Notes under the pieces: generated by a model | What the model was told of the DNA's origin: nothing | Seen by the model: only the letters and a program-made list of their open reading frames with translations | Database searches by the model: none | Source of the DNA: Octopus vulgaris | Taxonomy: Eukaryota | DNA: 64,000 nucleotides | Direction of reading: 5' to 3' | NCBI GenBank assembly: GCA_951406725.2 | Contig: OX597816.1 | Coordinates: forward strand, 145,514,001-145,578,000 | Program-made: the position numbers and the translations under genes | In this document: one piece after another, positions 1 through 13,816 of the stretch | How the letters are laid out: each line of letters begins with the position of its first letter | Position numbering within the stretch: the stretch's first letter is position 1

Positions 1-1137
1 ATCACTCACAGATATTCGTAAAAGTATGTTTACATGTGTCATGCGCTTTATTTGTTTTGTTTAACATTATAAATGCATCAGTACAAGAAATATTTTTCTC
101 AAGGAGGATATGAGACAGGAGACAGGCTACTAAAATAATTCAAAACTGACGAAAGACTGGCAAAAGCGTAATAAATAGTTTGACTGTGGAGGATACATAA
201 TTGCCTTTATTTTTTTCTCCAACGCATCTGATGTTGTGCTTTATGAACTGTGATGACATACGTTGCATCTTTGGCATTTAAATTTGCAGGTCACATCTTC
301 CTTCAGTTTTAATCATAGTCAAATTATAGAAATAGCGAATGAGAGATAGAAGAAAGAGAAGAAAAAGGGGAAGCAATGGGGCTAAAGAAAGAAAATTTAA
401 CTACTCTCCTTAACTGTTTCATTATTTATCTACCCATCAAAAATTAAATTGGTCTCAGTGGGATTTGAACTGAGAAACAAGCACAAATTGCGAAAAGCAT
501 TAAAATGAACGCTTTAACTATGTTTATAAAAGATAATTATTGAACACATAGTCATGATATATTGAATATAATGCAAAGAGAAATAATTAGAAATATTTAT
601 TTGGTGCAGAGAGGCTAACAGCAGGTCAAGAAATAATGATATTTTAGTATACCAGGAAACATTGGCAATAACACCGGACACGTATCACTCCAATTAGGTC
701 ATAAGCAAATTTGCTGTACTTGCCAAATGATTTATGTATACACTGTTGAACACATGATATTTTGAACTAGTATAAACAAGAATACGTTTCATTTAATAAC
801 TCAGACACGTCAGCCGCTTGAAGAACTATACTTAATGATAAAATACTATATACGTAGAAGAAAATGCAACATTAGGTAATGAAATAATATTATTCTAATA
901 ATTTTGAAAGGCATCGAGGCTAATGCCGAAGATTTTCGGTTTTACTATAATTGTTCAACGAATAAAATACAGTGAATATTTGTTTAATATGTTAGCTTCT
1001 GAAAGTTAAATGATAACTGACAGATAACATATATAAGGCGTATGGTCCTCGGGAAAAATCACAGGATTGATGCAATGAAGAATGTGAAAGTAAAAAGGGA
1101 TAAAGCACTAACACGATTTAATTAATAATGATTTCTG

Positions 1138-1579
1138 GGATCTTTTCGGTTTGAACGGCAGTTCTTTCTAGAGGTGTCATATGAAATTGTCACCCATAAT
1201 AATGACCCTAGAATCGATCTGTTGCATTTCAATCTGTTTTAGGGTTAGGGTTAGTTAGGGTTAGGGTTAGGGTTAGAGTTAGGGGTGGTGGGAAGGGTAT
1301 ATTTTTTCCTTCAGAAATGTAAATAAACCCAATCTGTTTCTTAAATGAGGGACATATTCATACGGCACAGAATGTTTTCACCTCAATAGACGTATTTGAT
1401 TGGTTGAAATTGCAGAAATCGAAGAAAAAACAACACACATCTTACAAACTATAGAATTTTCTCAATAAAGCCAAGAAAAAAAGATGTTTTATAAACACAT
1501 TCTACCAGTATACCTAGTTTTAAATTTTTTACTTACCATAAAATTATGTTAAAAACTGCCGTTCAAACCGAAAAGATCC
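1138..1579. mobile_element. Non-autonomous DNA transposon (MITE), Merlin-like, with internal TTAGGG repeats
   Basis: Perfect 26-bp TIRs GGATCTTTTCGGTTTGAACGGCAGTT (1138-1163) / AACTGCCGTTCAAACCGAAAAGATCC (1554-1579). 8-bp TSD GATTTCTG at 1130-1137 and 1580-1587. GG termini with an 8-bp TSD fit Merlin; the superfamily is an inference. Confidence 0.9.
1239..1284 (+). repeat. Degenerate telomere-type (TTAGGG)n tract inside the MITE
   Basis: TTAGGGTTAGGGTTAGTTAGGGTTAGGGTTAGGGTTAGAGTTAGGG. Confidence 0.9.
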
Positions 1580-3078
1580 GATTTCTGATATTTGGATAAT
1601 TATTGTAGTTATGTTAAAACCTTTCTAATCCTTCTTTTGAATCACAGGAACGTAAATTCTCAAAATTTGGGAATCCTTTTGCTCTATAGTTATTGACATT
1701 CATCATTCTTCTGGAGTAAAATACGAAACTACACTAATGCTTTTGAACGCACAACATGTAAGAAGTAAATGACAAATCCTGCCTTGAAAAATATGTTAAG
1801 GTCTATCATGTCTCTACATATTACGCTTAGTTTAATTATATATCATTCTGGTGGGGTTGAATGTTCAGTGTTCTGTTTTTCACTTTTATTTTCTTCTATC
1901 ATGATGTTTGCACCGTCACTAAAAATATAACTCGAAATTCGATATTGAAACGTTTAATAGAAATATTGCATAACTAAAACAATTATTGAACGTAAAACAA
2001 TAGAAAACAATAGAAAGATCAAAACTGCTTAAAACGTAAACGATGGAGAGAGACTTAACATGTGAAAAGCAAATTTAAAAAGAAAATTACAGCAAAACTA
2101 AACCATACAAACAGCTCTGGAATACTGATCATCAAAGTCCGACCTACAGCAATTATGACAAAAATACAAATAAATCGGAATAAAAACAAAGATCTGATTA
2201 TATAAAAGTTGAAATCATGAACAACATAAGAGGGAAAATGAAAGGTATAAATCAATAGAAAGTTTCTCTACAAACCAGCGAAAATAGGTTCAAAGTATTA
2301 AAATCATCAATTAATTAGTAACACATTATTAACGAAAACAGACACGAACATGAATATTAAATTAATTCAAGTTATAGGCTTTCTAGTTAAAAGTGAAAGC
2401 CAGTCCGTCCACGATGTACACGCACAGGAACGCCCGAGGAAATATCGTGGAAGACTACGATGTCGCAAAAAAGAAAAGCTAGATAGATAAAAATTATGAG
2501 AAACAACTACAGACGAAACATATCAAATCGAATAAAATAACTGAAATTAGAGAAAAAATAGCATCTCTAAGAAATGACTCGGCGCTAAATCGTAGAGGAT
2601 CCATCGACATAAAATGCATCAAGGATTCTGTGAAGAAAACGATGATATTTTTTAGTCAAGCCTCAAACAGGTTTATTGAGAAGCAAGTTAAAACTAAGTA
2701 GAAGTAACTGCAAATGAAGAAGGGAAATAGAAGTATACGGTCAAAGGGGATGCAAACAGGAATTTTCTTTTCGTTCTTTCCTTTTTCTGTTTTTATTCAC
2801 TGTTTGTCCTCTCATTCAACTTATTGCGTTAACTTACTCGCTTTTTCTTATAGTTTGTCCAATACAGGCGTCCTGGTTTTCAAACAGAACTATGTGCCCT
2901 GAACCAAGGAATGCGTGGATACACAAGGCACGTTACATAAATCTGCCTAATCACAGTGTCTCCATGGCAAGGTACTATTACTGAGAACTTATTTTGAATA
3001 CTTACTGTGTACATTAAATAGTTATCTCTTACTCGATGGAAGATTTTTATCTATCCTACCTAAACGGAACGGAATAGT

Positions 3079-3082
<4 letters not shown>

Positions 3083-3151
<69 letters not shown>

Positions 3152-3284
3152 AGTTATTAATATTAGCAGAAGTAATAAAGTAACTCAATGTCCGAGAGCT
3201 TGGTGCTTTGGCACTTAATAAATGCAAACACTTATCCGGTACGCATCAGCATACCTATATATATATATACACACACACACACAA

Positions 3285-3334
<50 letters not shown>

Positions 3335-3420
3335 TTACATATAAATATGTATACATAGACACATAGAAAGAGTGAATGAGTGTGTGAAAGAGAGCGTAAG
3401 AAAGAGGGAGAGAGAGATTA
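3083..3420. repeat. Compound microsatellites (CT)n(AT)n(GT)n, (AC)n, (AG)n
   Basis: Directly visible dinucleotide runs. Confidence 0.95.
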
Positions 3421-3744
3421 CAAGTAAAATTGCATCTACTGTCGTAATAAAATAGGCATATAAAACACGTGCTGAGGTTGACTTACCTCCTAAATCACCG
3501 ACTTAAGATGCATCTAAAACAAATAACAAGGAATGAAATTCTATAAATGGTTTATCATTGATCGCGTGCATGTACAGTAAAAAGAATGAACATTTGTGTT
3601 CCTGCTTCAATGCATTTTCTTTTATTTACGTCTTCGTAGTCATTTGCTAAATAGCAAACTGCAACTAATACATGTCCCAAAAATGTGAGTGAAATAAATG
3701 GAACATGCAACCACAAATATGTTAACGAGCATATTCTTTTATTC

Positions 3745-4090
3745 TGTTATTCTTGTAATTGTTTTAATCATTTGACTGCGGCCATACTGGAGTACCCACT
3801 TTAGTCGAAAAAATCGACCCCAGGACATATTCTTTGTAAGATTTAGAACTTATTCTAACGGACTCTTTTGACGAAGTGATAGGTTACGGGGACGTAAACA
3901 TAACAATATTAGTTGTCAAGCGATGGTGGAGGGACAAACACAGACACACAAACACATGAACATATACGACGCGCTTCTTTTAGTTTCCGTCTAACAAATC
4001 CATTCACAAGGCTTTTCGTTGGCCCTAGGCTTTAGTGGAAGATACTTGCCCAAGGTTCCACGCCATGGGACTGAAAACGGAACCATGTGT
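3745..4090 (-). mobile_element. tRNA-derived SINE family A, diverged copy
   Basis: Reverse complement aligns with the copy at 5213-5646 (CATTTGACTGCGGCCAT... tail, GGACTGAA...CGGAACCATGTG head). Confidence 0.85.
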
Positions 4091-4290
4091 TATCTTTTAT
4101 TTGTTTCAGTTATCAAACTCCAGTCATGACAGAGCAACACCTTGATGACATTGTATCAATCGAATAGGTTTCAAAACCTTTCCAAGCCTGGCACATACTG
4201 TAGTGCACTTTACCAAACTGCTAGATTACGGAAACCAACAACGTTAATCAAATGGCAGTGAGGCACACACACGCAAATATATATATATAT

Positions 4291-4445
4291 TATTTTCTCG
4301 TATTCTTTTCTGCTGAAGAGCGTAGGCTCGAAACGTAAAAAACTTTCTCACTTTCCTGAGCCTCAAACTAATACACCTGGTTGTTGTTCATACGCCTGTC
4401 TTCTATCTTCGTCTGTTGTTTTTGTTGTAAATTTCAACTAAAATG
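4291..4445 (+). mobile_element. Penelope-like pLTR remnant with minimal hammerhead-like core
   Basis: CTGAAGA-G-CGTAGGCT-C-GAAACGTA at 4313-4337, flanked by (TA)n/(CA)n; stem I is imperfect. Confidence 0.5.
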
Positions 4446-4500
4446 TTACACACACACACACACACTCATATATATATCATATATATATATATATATATAT

Positions 4501-4972
4501 ATGAATAAATGAAAGAATGGAGTTGAACGACAAAATAACAAATTTCCTTTATTTTCGACATATGTTTCGAAGGCTGCATATTCCTAATTGTGGAGGAATA
4601 AGGAGTACATTATGCCACTTTCTCATCAGGAAAAACAAGGAATTTATGTCAACATCAAGATTTACAAAAATTTTTTAGATGACTGCTCTCACGGAGCGCT
4701 ATTCCTCCACAATTCCTACTTATTCCTCCACAATTAGGAATATGCAACCTTCGAAACATATGTCGAAAATAAAGGAAATTTGTTAATTTGTCGTTCAACT
4801 CCATTATTTCATTTATTCATAAATTTTATAAAAATACACACAAATTTCCACACGAAAACACGTAGTCTCTGCCCTAGGCACGTAACTTCAACCGTGTTAT
4901 TTCTGATGTGAATTTGCTACCCAGGTATCGGTTAAACGAATTATCTATAAAAAGATATTTCATTTTTCTACT

Positions 4973-4976
<4 letters not shown>
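4501..4976. mobile_element. Penelope-like element with inverted partial pLTRs, inserted in (TA)n
   Basis: Arms of about 100 bp (about 4501-4601 and 4719-4820) form a near-perfect inverted repeat. Contains a hammerhead; both ends abut (TA)n. Confidence 0.75.
4552..4634 (-). ncRNA. Type I hammerhead ribozyme (Penelope-type, palindromic stem III)
   Basis: Minus strand reads TTTTC-CTGATGA-GAAAG..GCATA...TATGC..CCTTC-GAAA-C ATAT G-TC-GAAAA. All core nucleotides are present, stem I has 5 bp, and the predicted cleavage is after GUC. Confidence 0.8.
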
Positions 4977-5020
<44 letters not shown>

Positions 5021-5021
<1 letters not shown>

Positions 5022-5181
5022 GACAGGGCTCTTTCAGTTTCCGTCTACCAAATCCACTCACAAGGCATTGGTCGGCCCGGGGCTATAGCAGAAAACACTT
5101 GCCCAAAATGCCACGCAGTGGGACTGAACCCGGAACCATGTGGCTGGTTAGCAAGCTACTTACCACAGCCACTCCTGCGCC
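5021..5181 (-). mobile_element. SINE family A, 5' (tRNA head) half
   Basis: Reverse complement GGCGCAGGAGTGGCTGTGGTAAG...GGTTCCGGGTTCAGTCCC with A/B-box-like motifs. Confidence 0.9.
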
Positions 5182-5212
5182 TATATATGTATGTATACAT
5201 ACATATATACAT

Positions 5213-5646
<434 letters not shown>

Positions 5647-5655
5647 ATATATATA

Positions 5656-5687
<32 letters not shown>

Positions 5688-5690
5688 GAC

Positions 5691-5722
<32 letters not shown>

Positions 5723-5899
5723 TTACAGAAAACTGCTTCTTCGCCGGTAGACTTCTAACTGACGCAGTGGAAATAACTCACTCAAAGCGCCATGTGTTAG
5801 AAGATCTGAAAGTCATAGTCATATAGAAGCGAGACCAGACTCTCGGATGTTGTTATACGCTGGTTTTCATAGTGCCTTTCTGCACACTGTTAAGTTTTT

Positions 5900-6090
5900 C
5901 AAATGACACCACCCAACTGGCCAAACGTGCAGCCTTACATTCCATTGCAGGGTTACCCATTTACAGTTGAATACACTGGAGTGAAGGGAAATGGTGTTTT
6001 GCTTTAGAACGCAACGCACAACCGGTCTGGGAATCAATACCATGTTCATGCGATCGTCAGTGCATCGCGCTAACCACCAGGTCATCTGCA
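5900..6090 (-). mobile_element. tRNA-derived SINE family C, diverged
   Basis: Reverse complement TGGTGGTTAGCGCG...GATTCCCAGACCGG; similar to the copies at 10310-10605, 20210-20500 and 40525-40732. Confidence 0.65.
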
Positions 6091-6137
6091 TTCACACACA
6101 TATATGTATTCTAATATAAATATAAATACATACATGC

Positions 6138-6182
<45 letters not shown>

Positions 6183-7339
6183 GAAATGAGGTAATCAGAA
6201 GATCGGATGGTTCATATTTATAGATATTTATTTATATATTACATTTTTTACATATATATATCATCTCATTTAGATCATATCATTCAGATTATTAGCGCTT
6301 TCTCCCATTCTAGTGGGGTTTTCAAATCAAAATAATTCCTTTGTGGGGAATTTAATCATTTTATAGAGTTTCGTAGTTGTGGGGAGGGACAAGACAGTAC
6401 AAGAGGGTGAAGTGGATGAGGAGGAAGTGAGAGAGACACACACACACAGACAAAAACACACACAAAATAAGGCAAGGGAAATAGTTCAGCTGCTCCGCCG
6501 TCGTACAGTTCGGTAATTCCGTCTAAGAAATGCATAAATATTTTCAATGAATTAAGCTGCCACTTTGTTCGAGAAAGTTAACATGCAGCCAAGATGTAAC
6601 TGTTACCAATTCTCCAATAAAACTGGAGAAAATATGACCTACTTTTTTCATGAATTTCACGCAAAAATTTAACTTTTCACCTGCAAGAAATGTTGATGGA
6701 AGTTAGTTGTCACAGCGACTTCTATTGAAATATTTCAATCTTTTCAGACAACATCACGAAAATAATTTTTTTCCATAATGCTTGATTAGTGAAAAAATAT
6801 ATTTTATAAGCGTAAATTGAGTTATGAACATATTTGATCAACTCTAGATGGTATAATTCCGATGGGTGAGATTACAGAAATAACTCAAATGGACTTTGTC
6901 TCGGAATTCAAATTTTCGAGATAGGTGATGTATTGAAATCACACAGGCAAATATTTCTGAACGAAATAAAATTCGGTTGTTATTTGTAAAATAAAGCGAA
7001 AAACCTAACGGTACTTTTACTGAATCTCGCAGGAAACAGGAGAAATTAATAAAATTCAGTATTAATTTCAAAGAATGATTAATTGCAATGCTTAGGAGGG
7101 ATTCTAACTCTTTGGATTGCCAGCTAGGCTATCATTTTTTAAAATTTCGTAATTATTATTACTGGTCTTTTTTGTGTTTGTTTGTTTTACTTCTAATATA
7201 GAGAAATTTTCAATTGAGAATATTTCCTCTAGTCACCTAGCAGATACTGCCTACATGGATTCTATGTTTACATGCATAGACATATCTTCAAATGTATGTA
7301 AGCATGTATGTATGCATGTATGTGTGTATTACTTTTTAC

Positions 7340-7640
7340 TTTCCAAATCACTATGCTATGGAGACGTAAACACACCAGTAACGGTTGTAAAACATTGGTG
7401 GAAACATACACAAACACAAAGACTCATAAACACACACCAAACATGGGAACATCACGCGCACACACATACATATATGGATAAAAGACGGGCTTCTTTCAGT
7501 TTCCGTCTATCAAATCCACTCACATCTCTTTGGTCGTCCCGACAGGCTACAGCTGAAAACATTTGCTGAAAGTGCTACACAGTGGGGCTGAACTTAGAAC
7601 CATGTGATACAGGAGTAAGTTTCTTACCACACATTCACAA
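7340..7640 (-). mobile_element. SINE family A, diverged
   Basis: GACGGGCTTCTTTCAGTTTCCGTCTA..AAATCCACTCAC body shared with other copies. Confidence 0.8.
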
Positions 7641-10309
7641 TTTATATGTACGTGTATGTGTTTCCCCGAGTCAGAGAATGGCCGCGGTGCAATGACTGAA
7701 ACATGCAAAAGAGTTTCAGATAATACATATGCATACATTGCCAGCGACTCTTCTTTTCTTCTTATTGTCTTTCACCCTGTATCACGTCTTTTTATTCATT
7801 CCAATTGTATTCTTGCTTCCGATGAAGTTGAATTAATCACAAAATGCTTTAGCCTCACACTATGTTTCTCACTATACATTTCGTCGTGTATGCATGTCCT
7901 TAAAGCCTTGTCTATCTTTCAAATTCTAAAGATTTAAAATTATAGCTTTACTGAGCTGAACACTTCGGTGATTTGGCCCCTTTCACATATAGTGCTCGGC
8001 ACAATAAACAAATAAACTGAAGCTCAAATTTGCGGTCAGGGAAACGAAGAGTATCACTGTATAAACAATTCAGTCTTTCTATTAGGCACAAAGTAGGATG
8101 AGATAAAGGACAGAAGGAGTTTCTTCTGAAGACAAATTCGAAAGTCATAATTCTGATTTCCAAGCATGCTGTTTGTATTCTTAGACGAAAGAGTGCATTC
8201 GTTTGTGCATTCGTTTGTGGTGAAGTTCATTACTATGTCTTCGTTTGTCCATTATTTTACTTCTTAGATATTTTCGCCAACTGTTTTAAAGACATATTAC
8301 CTGTAACGTCAATTGCTTGAGAGTAGTTTACAATCGCAAGCGAAATTGGAGACATCATTGTTTTAATTCTATACTTTCAACGTGCTGTAAGTACATAGGT
8401 TTTATATACATTTTGATGAAAAAGTCTCGATTTAGCTGGTTGTGCTTCACTGAGATGGTTTAGACTCTCATATCTAACCTGGTTTACACCAGGGTCTGTA
8501 ATATTAAATTACTGAAAATGTCCTCGTACGATAGCCGCTTGATATGTACTTATAACACAGAATACTTAACATGATGTCCTTTGTGACTGACATGCTTGGA
8601 AATTATTTTGGGGCTTTTTTTGTGTATTTCAATATTTGCTGGATGTATTGCGTTCTCATTAAGGTCAGCAGGAAAATAGCATCGCCACTTGGCTAATATA
8701 TTCTTGACAGCAACACTCTGATTGTGTTGCTGAGGGAACTGGATAAAGTTCTGCTAAACTTTTAGGCAAATTCAATTTATAAATGTATGAGTGACTACTG
8801 CTGGCAAATTTCTGCAATTCAGTGATGAACTTCCAGAGATTAAACTTAGGTGATGACTTGTTCAAAGTTCTAAAACTATCTCCAACTACCGTTTTGTCAA
8901 ATAGGATCTAATGAGATCACATTTAACATATGAATCATGCATAACATTTATTTTAATGTACACATGACTCTCTGTTTGAAATTTACTGCGTCTGATGAGG
9001 CAGCACAGAATTATCAAATAATAATGTGTAGTTTTATGGCAGCAATGGAAGTTTGCCAAAAATTATTTACAGTAAAATCAAACATAAACAGCCTTTTCAG
9101 AAGGAAACAAGAAAATCAGCAATGCTTTTCATGATTAACTCAGTTGAATGGGACATAAATTCCCCCTGCCTTCTTCACATTTTTGCAGCTTCAACAACAC
9201 CGTGCTCTTCTTAATGACGTAGGTTTATTTATTAAGAGATTATCCAAGCGGAGGCTGTTTCCTCTCATGTGATCAGTACACCTCATATATTTTAATCCTG
9301 GTTGCGATTGCATTCATTAGTCATTGACATCTTTCTTTTTAGCATGCATGTCTGCGTATGTCCTGTGTTCTGCATGGTTTCGCTATAATATATGGGTGAT
9401 GCTTATGTTTTTCTTCTCAAGATGAGACATTGTACTATATGCGTTCCTCTTCCTATATCAAAATTTATCTTAGAGCCTGACTGGGATGACTCCAACTACT
9501 ACTTGGCTTTAGCAATGCACTTCCTCTTCTTACGCGCTCTCTGATCAACTGCGAGTGGAGGACGCCTCAATAAAATTTTCTTACTTAGCACCCTCGAAAT
9601 TTTGCGTTTTATTTTTAGTTTTTTTCACCTAGTGTGTGCAAGTGTACTACTTTTGTGAAAAAAAACAAAAAACAGGAGGTGTGTTATTTCTCTTTCTTCA
9701 TTTTCAATCATTGCTAATTAATGAATCCTTTTTCTTTTCGTGCTTCGAAGTTGTTTTGCTTTGTTCAAAGTGATTTCTCTTCGGAGTGGATCTCGATGGG
9801 AAGAAGCCATACTGATTTAAAGTTACTCAATAAAATTAAATAGAATTTTACGAGAAAACATTTGGTGCTTAATTCTGGTAAGTAGTAGATAATAAACAAT
9901 GATTCAATAAATAGACTCAGTGTGATATAAAAGTCAGTAAATTTACGAGTAACACAATGCTTATGATATGTGGAAATCTCTAAGGTGTCTACTCCTCAAT
10001 AGATATGGCATAGTAAGTCCGCATTGCATAGTGCATTCGCAGCATATATACTGCCAAGTGGAACCTGCCCTATCCACAGAAAGTGGGAAAACCTACACTG
10101 CAATATTGTAAAATTTAAGTGAGAAAGGCACGCTGATCAGGCGAGAAATAAATTTTTAAGTTGCTAGTAGTAAATGTTAAATATGCAGTAAGAGAAAGAA
10201 AACTTGAATTAGGAGAAGCACACTAGATTTCCAAATAAACATTCTTCCTTCATATCACTTTTACTTATATCATTTCCCATTTGAATTCAAAATCGTACAT
10301 GATATATGA

Positions 10310-10605
10310 CGATAGTCTCTCGTAGTCCGGGTCAGAGGTTTCTGGAGTTTCTTACTGAACAACCTGCACAAATGATTTGTTCATAGTAATCAAATGCATA
10401 TGCAGTACATTAACTTATTCCCTCCATAAAAAATTGATGTTGCTTGAACATATGTACGGGTGTATTCCACGTCAAGTATTGAGGTGGTTCCTGAGCAATG
10501 TGAGATGAAGTGTTGCTTAAGAACACAACACAACACTTGCGATCGTGTGTGCAATACCGTAACCACTGATTCATGGGTACTCGAAGAGGTTGTTCATAAG
10601 CCACA
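10310..10605 (-). mobile_element. SINE family C, long-bodied copy
   Basis: Shares CTGAACAACC..TGATTTGTT.ATAGT.ATCAAATG and GAGCAA.GTGA.ATGAAGTG with 20210-20500. Confidence 0.65.
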
Positions 10606-11749
10606 GCTAATTAATAAATAAATCACCAGTTGTCTCTCTTCTTAACAATTCAATATATCTGTCATTGGACAATTCGTATCTTCTCAGAATTCGTCATCTA
10701 GCTATTTGTAATCGTCATCCGATTACTCTATTGCCACTTTACACCTGTCAAAGTTTCTTTTTATTCTCAAATTTATTGCTGCGTCCCAATATTTTGTTCT
10801 GAAGCATGCCTTTACTTTATTTTGTCAAATAACACAGAAAGTATTTCGAGACTGGAAAAGCACATCATTAATAAGGTCTCAGCATAATCTTTAAGCATGA
10901 TGAGTCGGTGATGTATATTTATAAATGTATGAGGAAACGTTTTAATAGATTAGAGCCATTATATCTTATTTCTCTCGCCTTCTATTTCCCATTCTCTTCT
11001 CTATGTACAGTGTATGCATAATCATTTATACATGAATATATACAGTATCTTTATTCACCTCTCACCTCTCTCTCTCTCTCAAATACACACAAGCATGCCT
11101 GAATACATACATATATGTGTGTGAGAGACAAAGAAAGAAAGAAAGTGTGTGCGAATACTTACGTGTGAGGTGAATATATTTACCTAAGTAAAAATATGTA
11201 TATCATGCTTATATATACAAATCATTTACTTCCAAACGTACACGCATACGTGTGTGTCTGTGTGTATGTCCATGTGCATATGAATACTTATGTGTGAAGT
11301 TCTAGAACTTTACGTGTGCGTATGTTAGTGCATGTGGGTGCGTGTGTGAAATAAGCTTTTAATTTGCATGTCAATCTGTCTTGGAAAGTTTATGCTCGCA
11401 TTAGGCGACTTCGTCTACTTTAACTGCGAAAAAAATAAGCTTTTGTTCTCCGTCTAATCATTATGGACACACATTTAACCAACAACCAAGCGACACGAAA
11501 ATAAACCAAACAAAAAAAAATGCAAATAAGAGTCAACAACTATGCTCGTATAAACAAAATAAATGTTGAAACAAACTAATAACGTAATCTTTCTCATCCC
11601 TTCCTCGCCATTAAAAAAAGAAAAACTTTTCATAATGTCTAACAATAAAAAAAATATCAAACGGAAAATTAATACATTAGCACCAATGAGAACAGACAAA
11701 CTAAAAGCAACAGCAATGGTGATGTTGGCAATACAACAGCAACAAACAT

Positions 11750-11878
11750 CAATAATGATGATGATGGTGATGAAGGTGCTGATGATGATGATGATGATGA
11801 TGATCATAACAACGACAACAACGACGATGTCGGTGATAGCTGTGATAATGTAGATGATGAGGGTGATGATAATGATAC
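11750..11878. repeat. (GAT)n/(AAC)n trinucleotide low-complexity tract
   Basis: Directly visible. Confidence 0.9.
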
Positions 11879-13816
11879 TCTCAGAAAATGTAACGGAACA
11901 AAGAAAGACTAATATAACACGAGTGAAGTTACAAAAATAAAATAGCAAGAAGCAAGTCTAAAAAGAAAATGTTATGGCGAATTAAAATCAAACGAAACTA
12001 AAAAGATATTGAAGCCATGTGAAGATTTTGTTTTCAGGTTTCCTCTGTTGATTGAAAGTATAGTTCCTTCCCATTGTGACAGTAACTAAGAGGCTTATGC
12101 GATTTCTTTTACGAAAGTACGGCTTATAACTGTGTATGTCGCTCTAATGACTTTGTTTTGCAAAATATGGCAACCATTATTATCTCGCTCGTTTACATAA
12201 TATCTGTTGATTAATAGTAGTAAAATGTTTTGCATTATTAAGGAATCGCTTTATATTTCTCATCACTAATAAATTTTAACAATTTTCATCTGTTATATAT
12301 TAAAGCAGAGTACTTAGAATTTTATTTACGATTTCTTATTAAGTACGGTATATGAAATTACAAGAACTTAGAAAACGTCAAAAGTGTGAGGGGATTAATT
12401 GTAACGCTTTGATAAAAACAATTACAGCATGAAGATCTTCTTCAAAAGTGTTGTTAGTAAATATAATTGAACTTCAGAAAAAAAAAACAAGTGCAATAAC
12501 GATAAAAAGAGCATCAACATAATCAGTAAGAACAGCTTCAATAAGAATAGTTTGACACCAAAACATATGTAACAGTGTTATCAGAGGCGAAATTACCATC
12601 ATAAACAATGATTGGTGCATAATTGTAGCTGCATAAACAGAAATAATGTAAAGGTAATCTATAATAAAACTAAATGTTGTACACTTGAAACATTAATTGG
12701 CAAGCAGTAGTAGCATGGAAATTATAAAGCTTGTAAAACACACAGAATACAAAATTTTAACTGAATGCACTACAATGCTCCGCTACTCTACTTCATAGAA
12801 AAAGGAAAACAACTACAGTTCTTGGCTATCAACTACATCATTGTAAATGAAGTGAATTAGCAGAATCAATAGAACATTAAATGAAAGTCTTGTGTCTTTA
12901 ATATTTATTACCAGATTAAATTCCGCTATTTATTGAGACTTGCGTGAAAATTCCTCTGTAAAGTAGTCCGATTTCGTGCCCAACTGTTGAGAGAGGTTTT
13001 ATGTGATCTTTTACAGTGCATGACATTATGCCCATCTGTCATGAAATATAAAGGACACAATGGGTAACGTCTACTTACTGTTTGTGTAAAGACATGACGA
13101 GATTTTTGTCACTCAAATATAATTGAAAATATTCATTTATAGTCAGAAATAACAATGTCATTAATAAGTGGCTAGTGTAATATAAAACAACTCTTGTATC
13201 TCACAAAATAATTGTTAAAAATGAGCATAGTTGCTGGTATATTTATTCACTTATATCACTAATGCTTTTGGCAAGTTACTGTCCATAGGTTGTACATGCT
13301 ACAGATACATTTTTCAGAACAACTATCTATTTCACTTAAATTGGAAAAAAACATATTATCATTGAATTATGAAATATACTTTTTAATTGGTGCCACATCT
13401 TTTTATTTCTGTACACCTGATAGGTCAATATAAAATAGCATAATTATTGTACTTCCATTTCAACCGAATGAGTCTATTTAAGAAAGTCTTATAAATGTTA
13501 TTACCAGTGTTAAAAAATAAATAATTATTATTATTTTGGTTTATATTTCTAATTAATTTGTTCACATCTTTAACATGCTCTTCATATTGTACAGATATTT
13601 CTACATTGGCTTTTGAGAATTCCGAGAACACCTTCCACTTGCATTTGAATGTAATCTGATAAAAATATTTTATACATTCTTAGAGAATTACAAATATTTT
13701 ACCATTTAGTGAACAATATTAGACTAATGTATTTCCTAAGAAATATGAACGTTCTATATGTGATAGGCACATATGGGAGTATGCCAAAGAGAAGTATATG
13801 GAAATGAATAAATGAA

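Noticed and set aside
1239-1284. True telomere or chromosome-fusion scar
   Set aside because: The tract is short, in one orientation only, and enclosed within MITE TIRs.
2050-2760. A-rich LINE-like remnants (also 15270-16050 and 52800-54060)
   Set aside because: Only faint hints such as RSDYI resembling RIDYI; not enough to classify.
8560-9210. Coding-like stretch, possibly a SWIM/YqaJ transposon relic or host exons
   Set aside because: Motif resemblance too weak, with stops in all frames; cannot be assigned without a search.
11475-11948. 157-aa hydrophobic ORF resembling a membrane protein
   Set aside because: Produced by (ATC)n/(GTT)n repeats; no domain or splice support.
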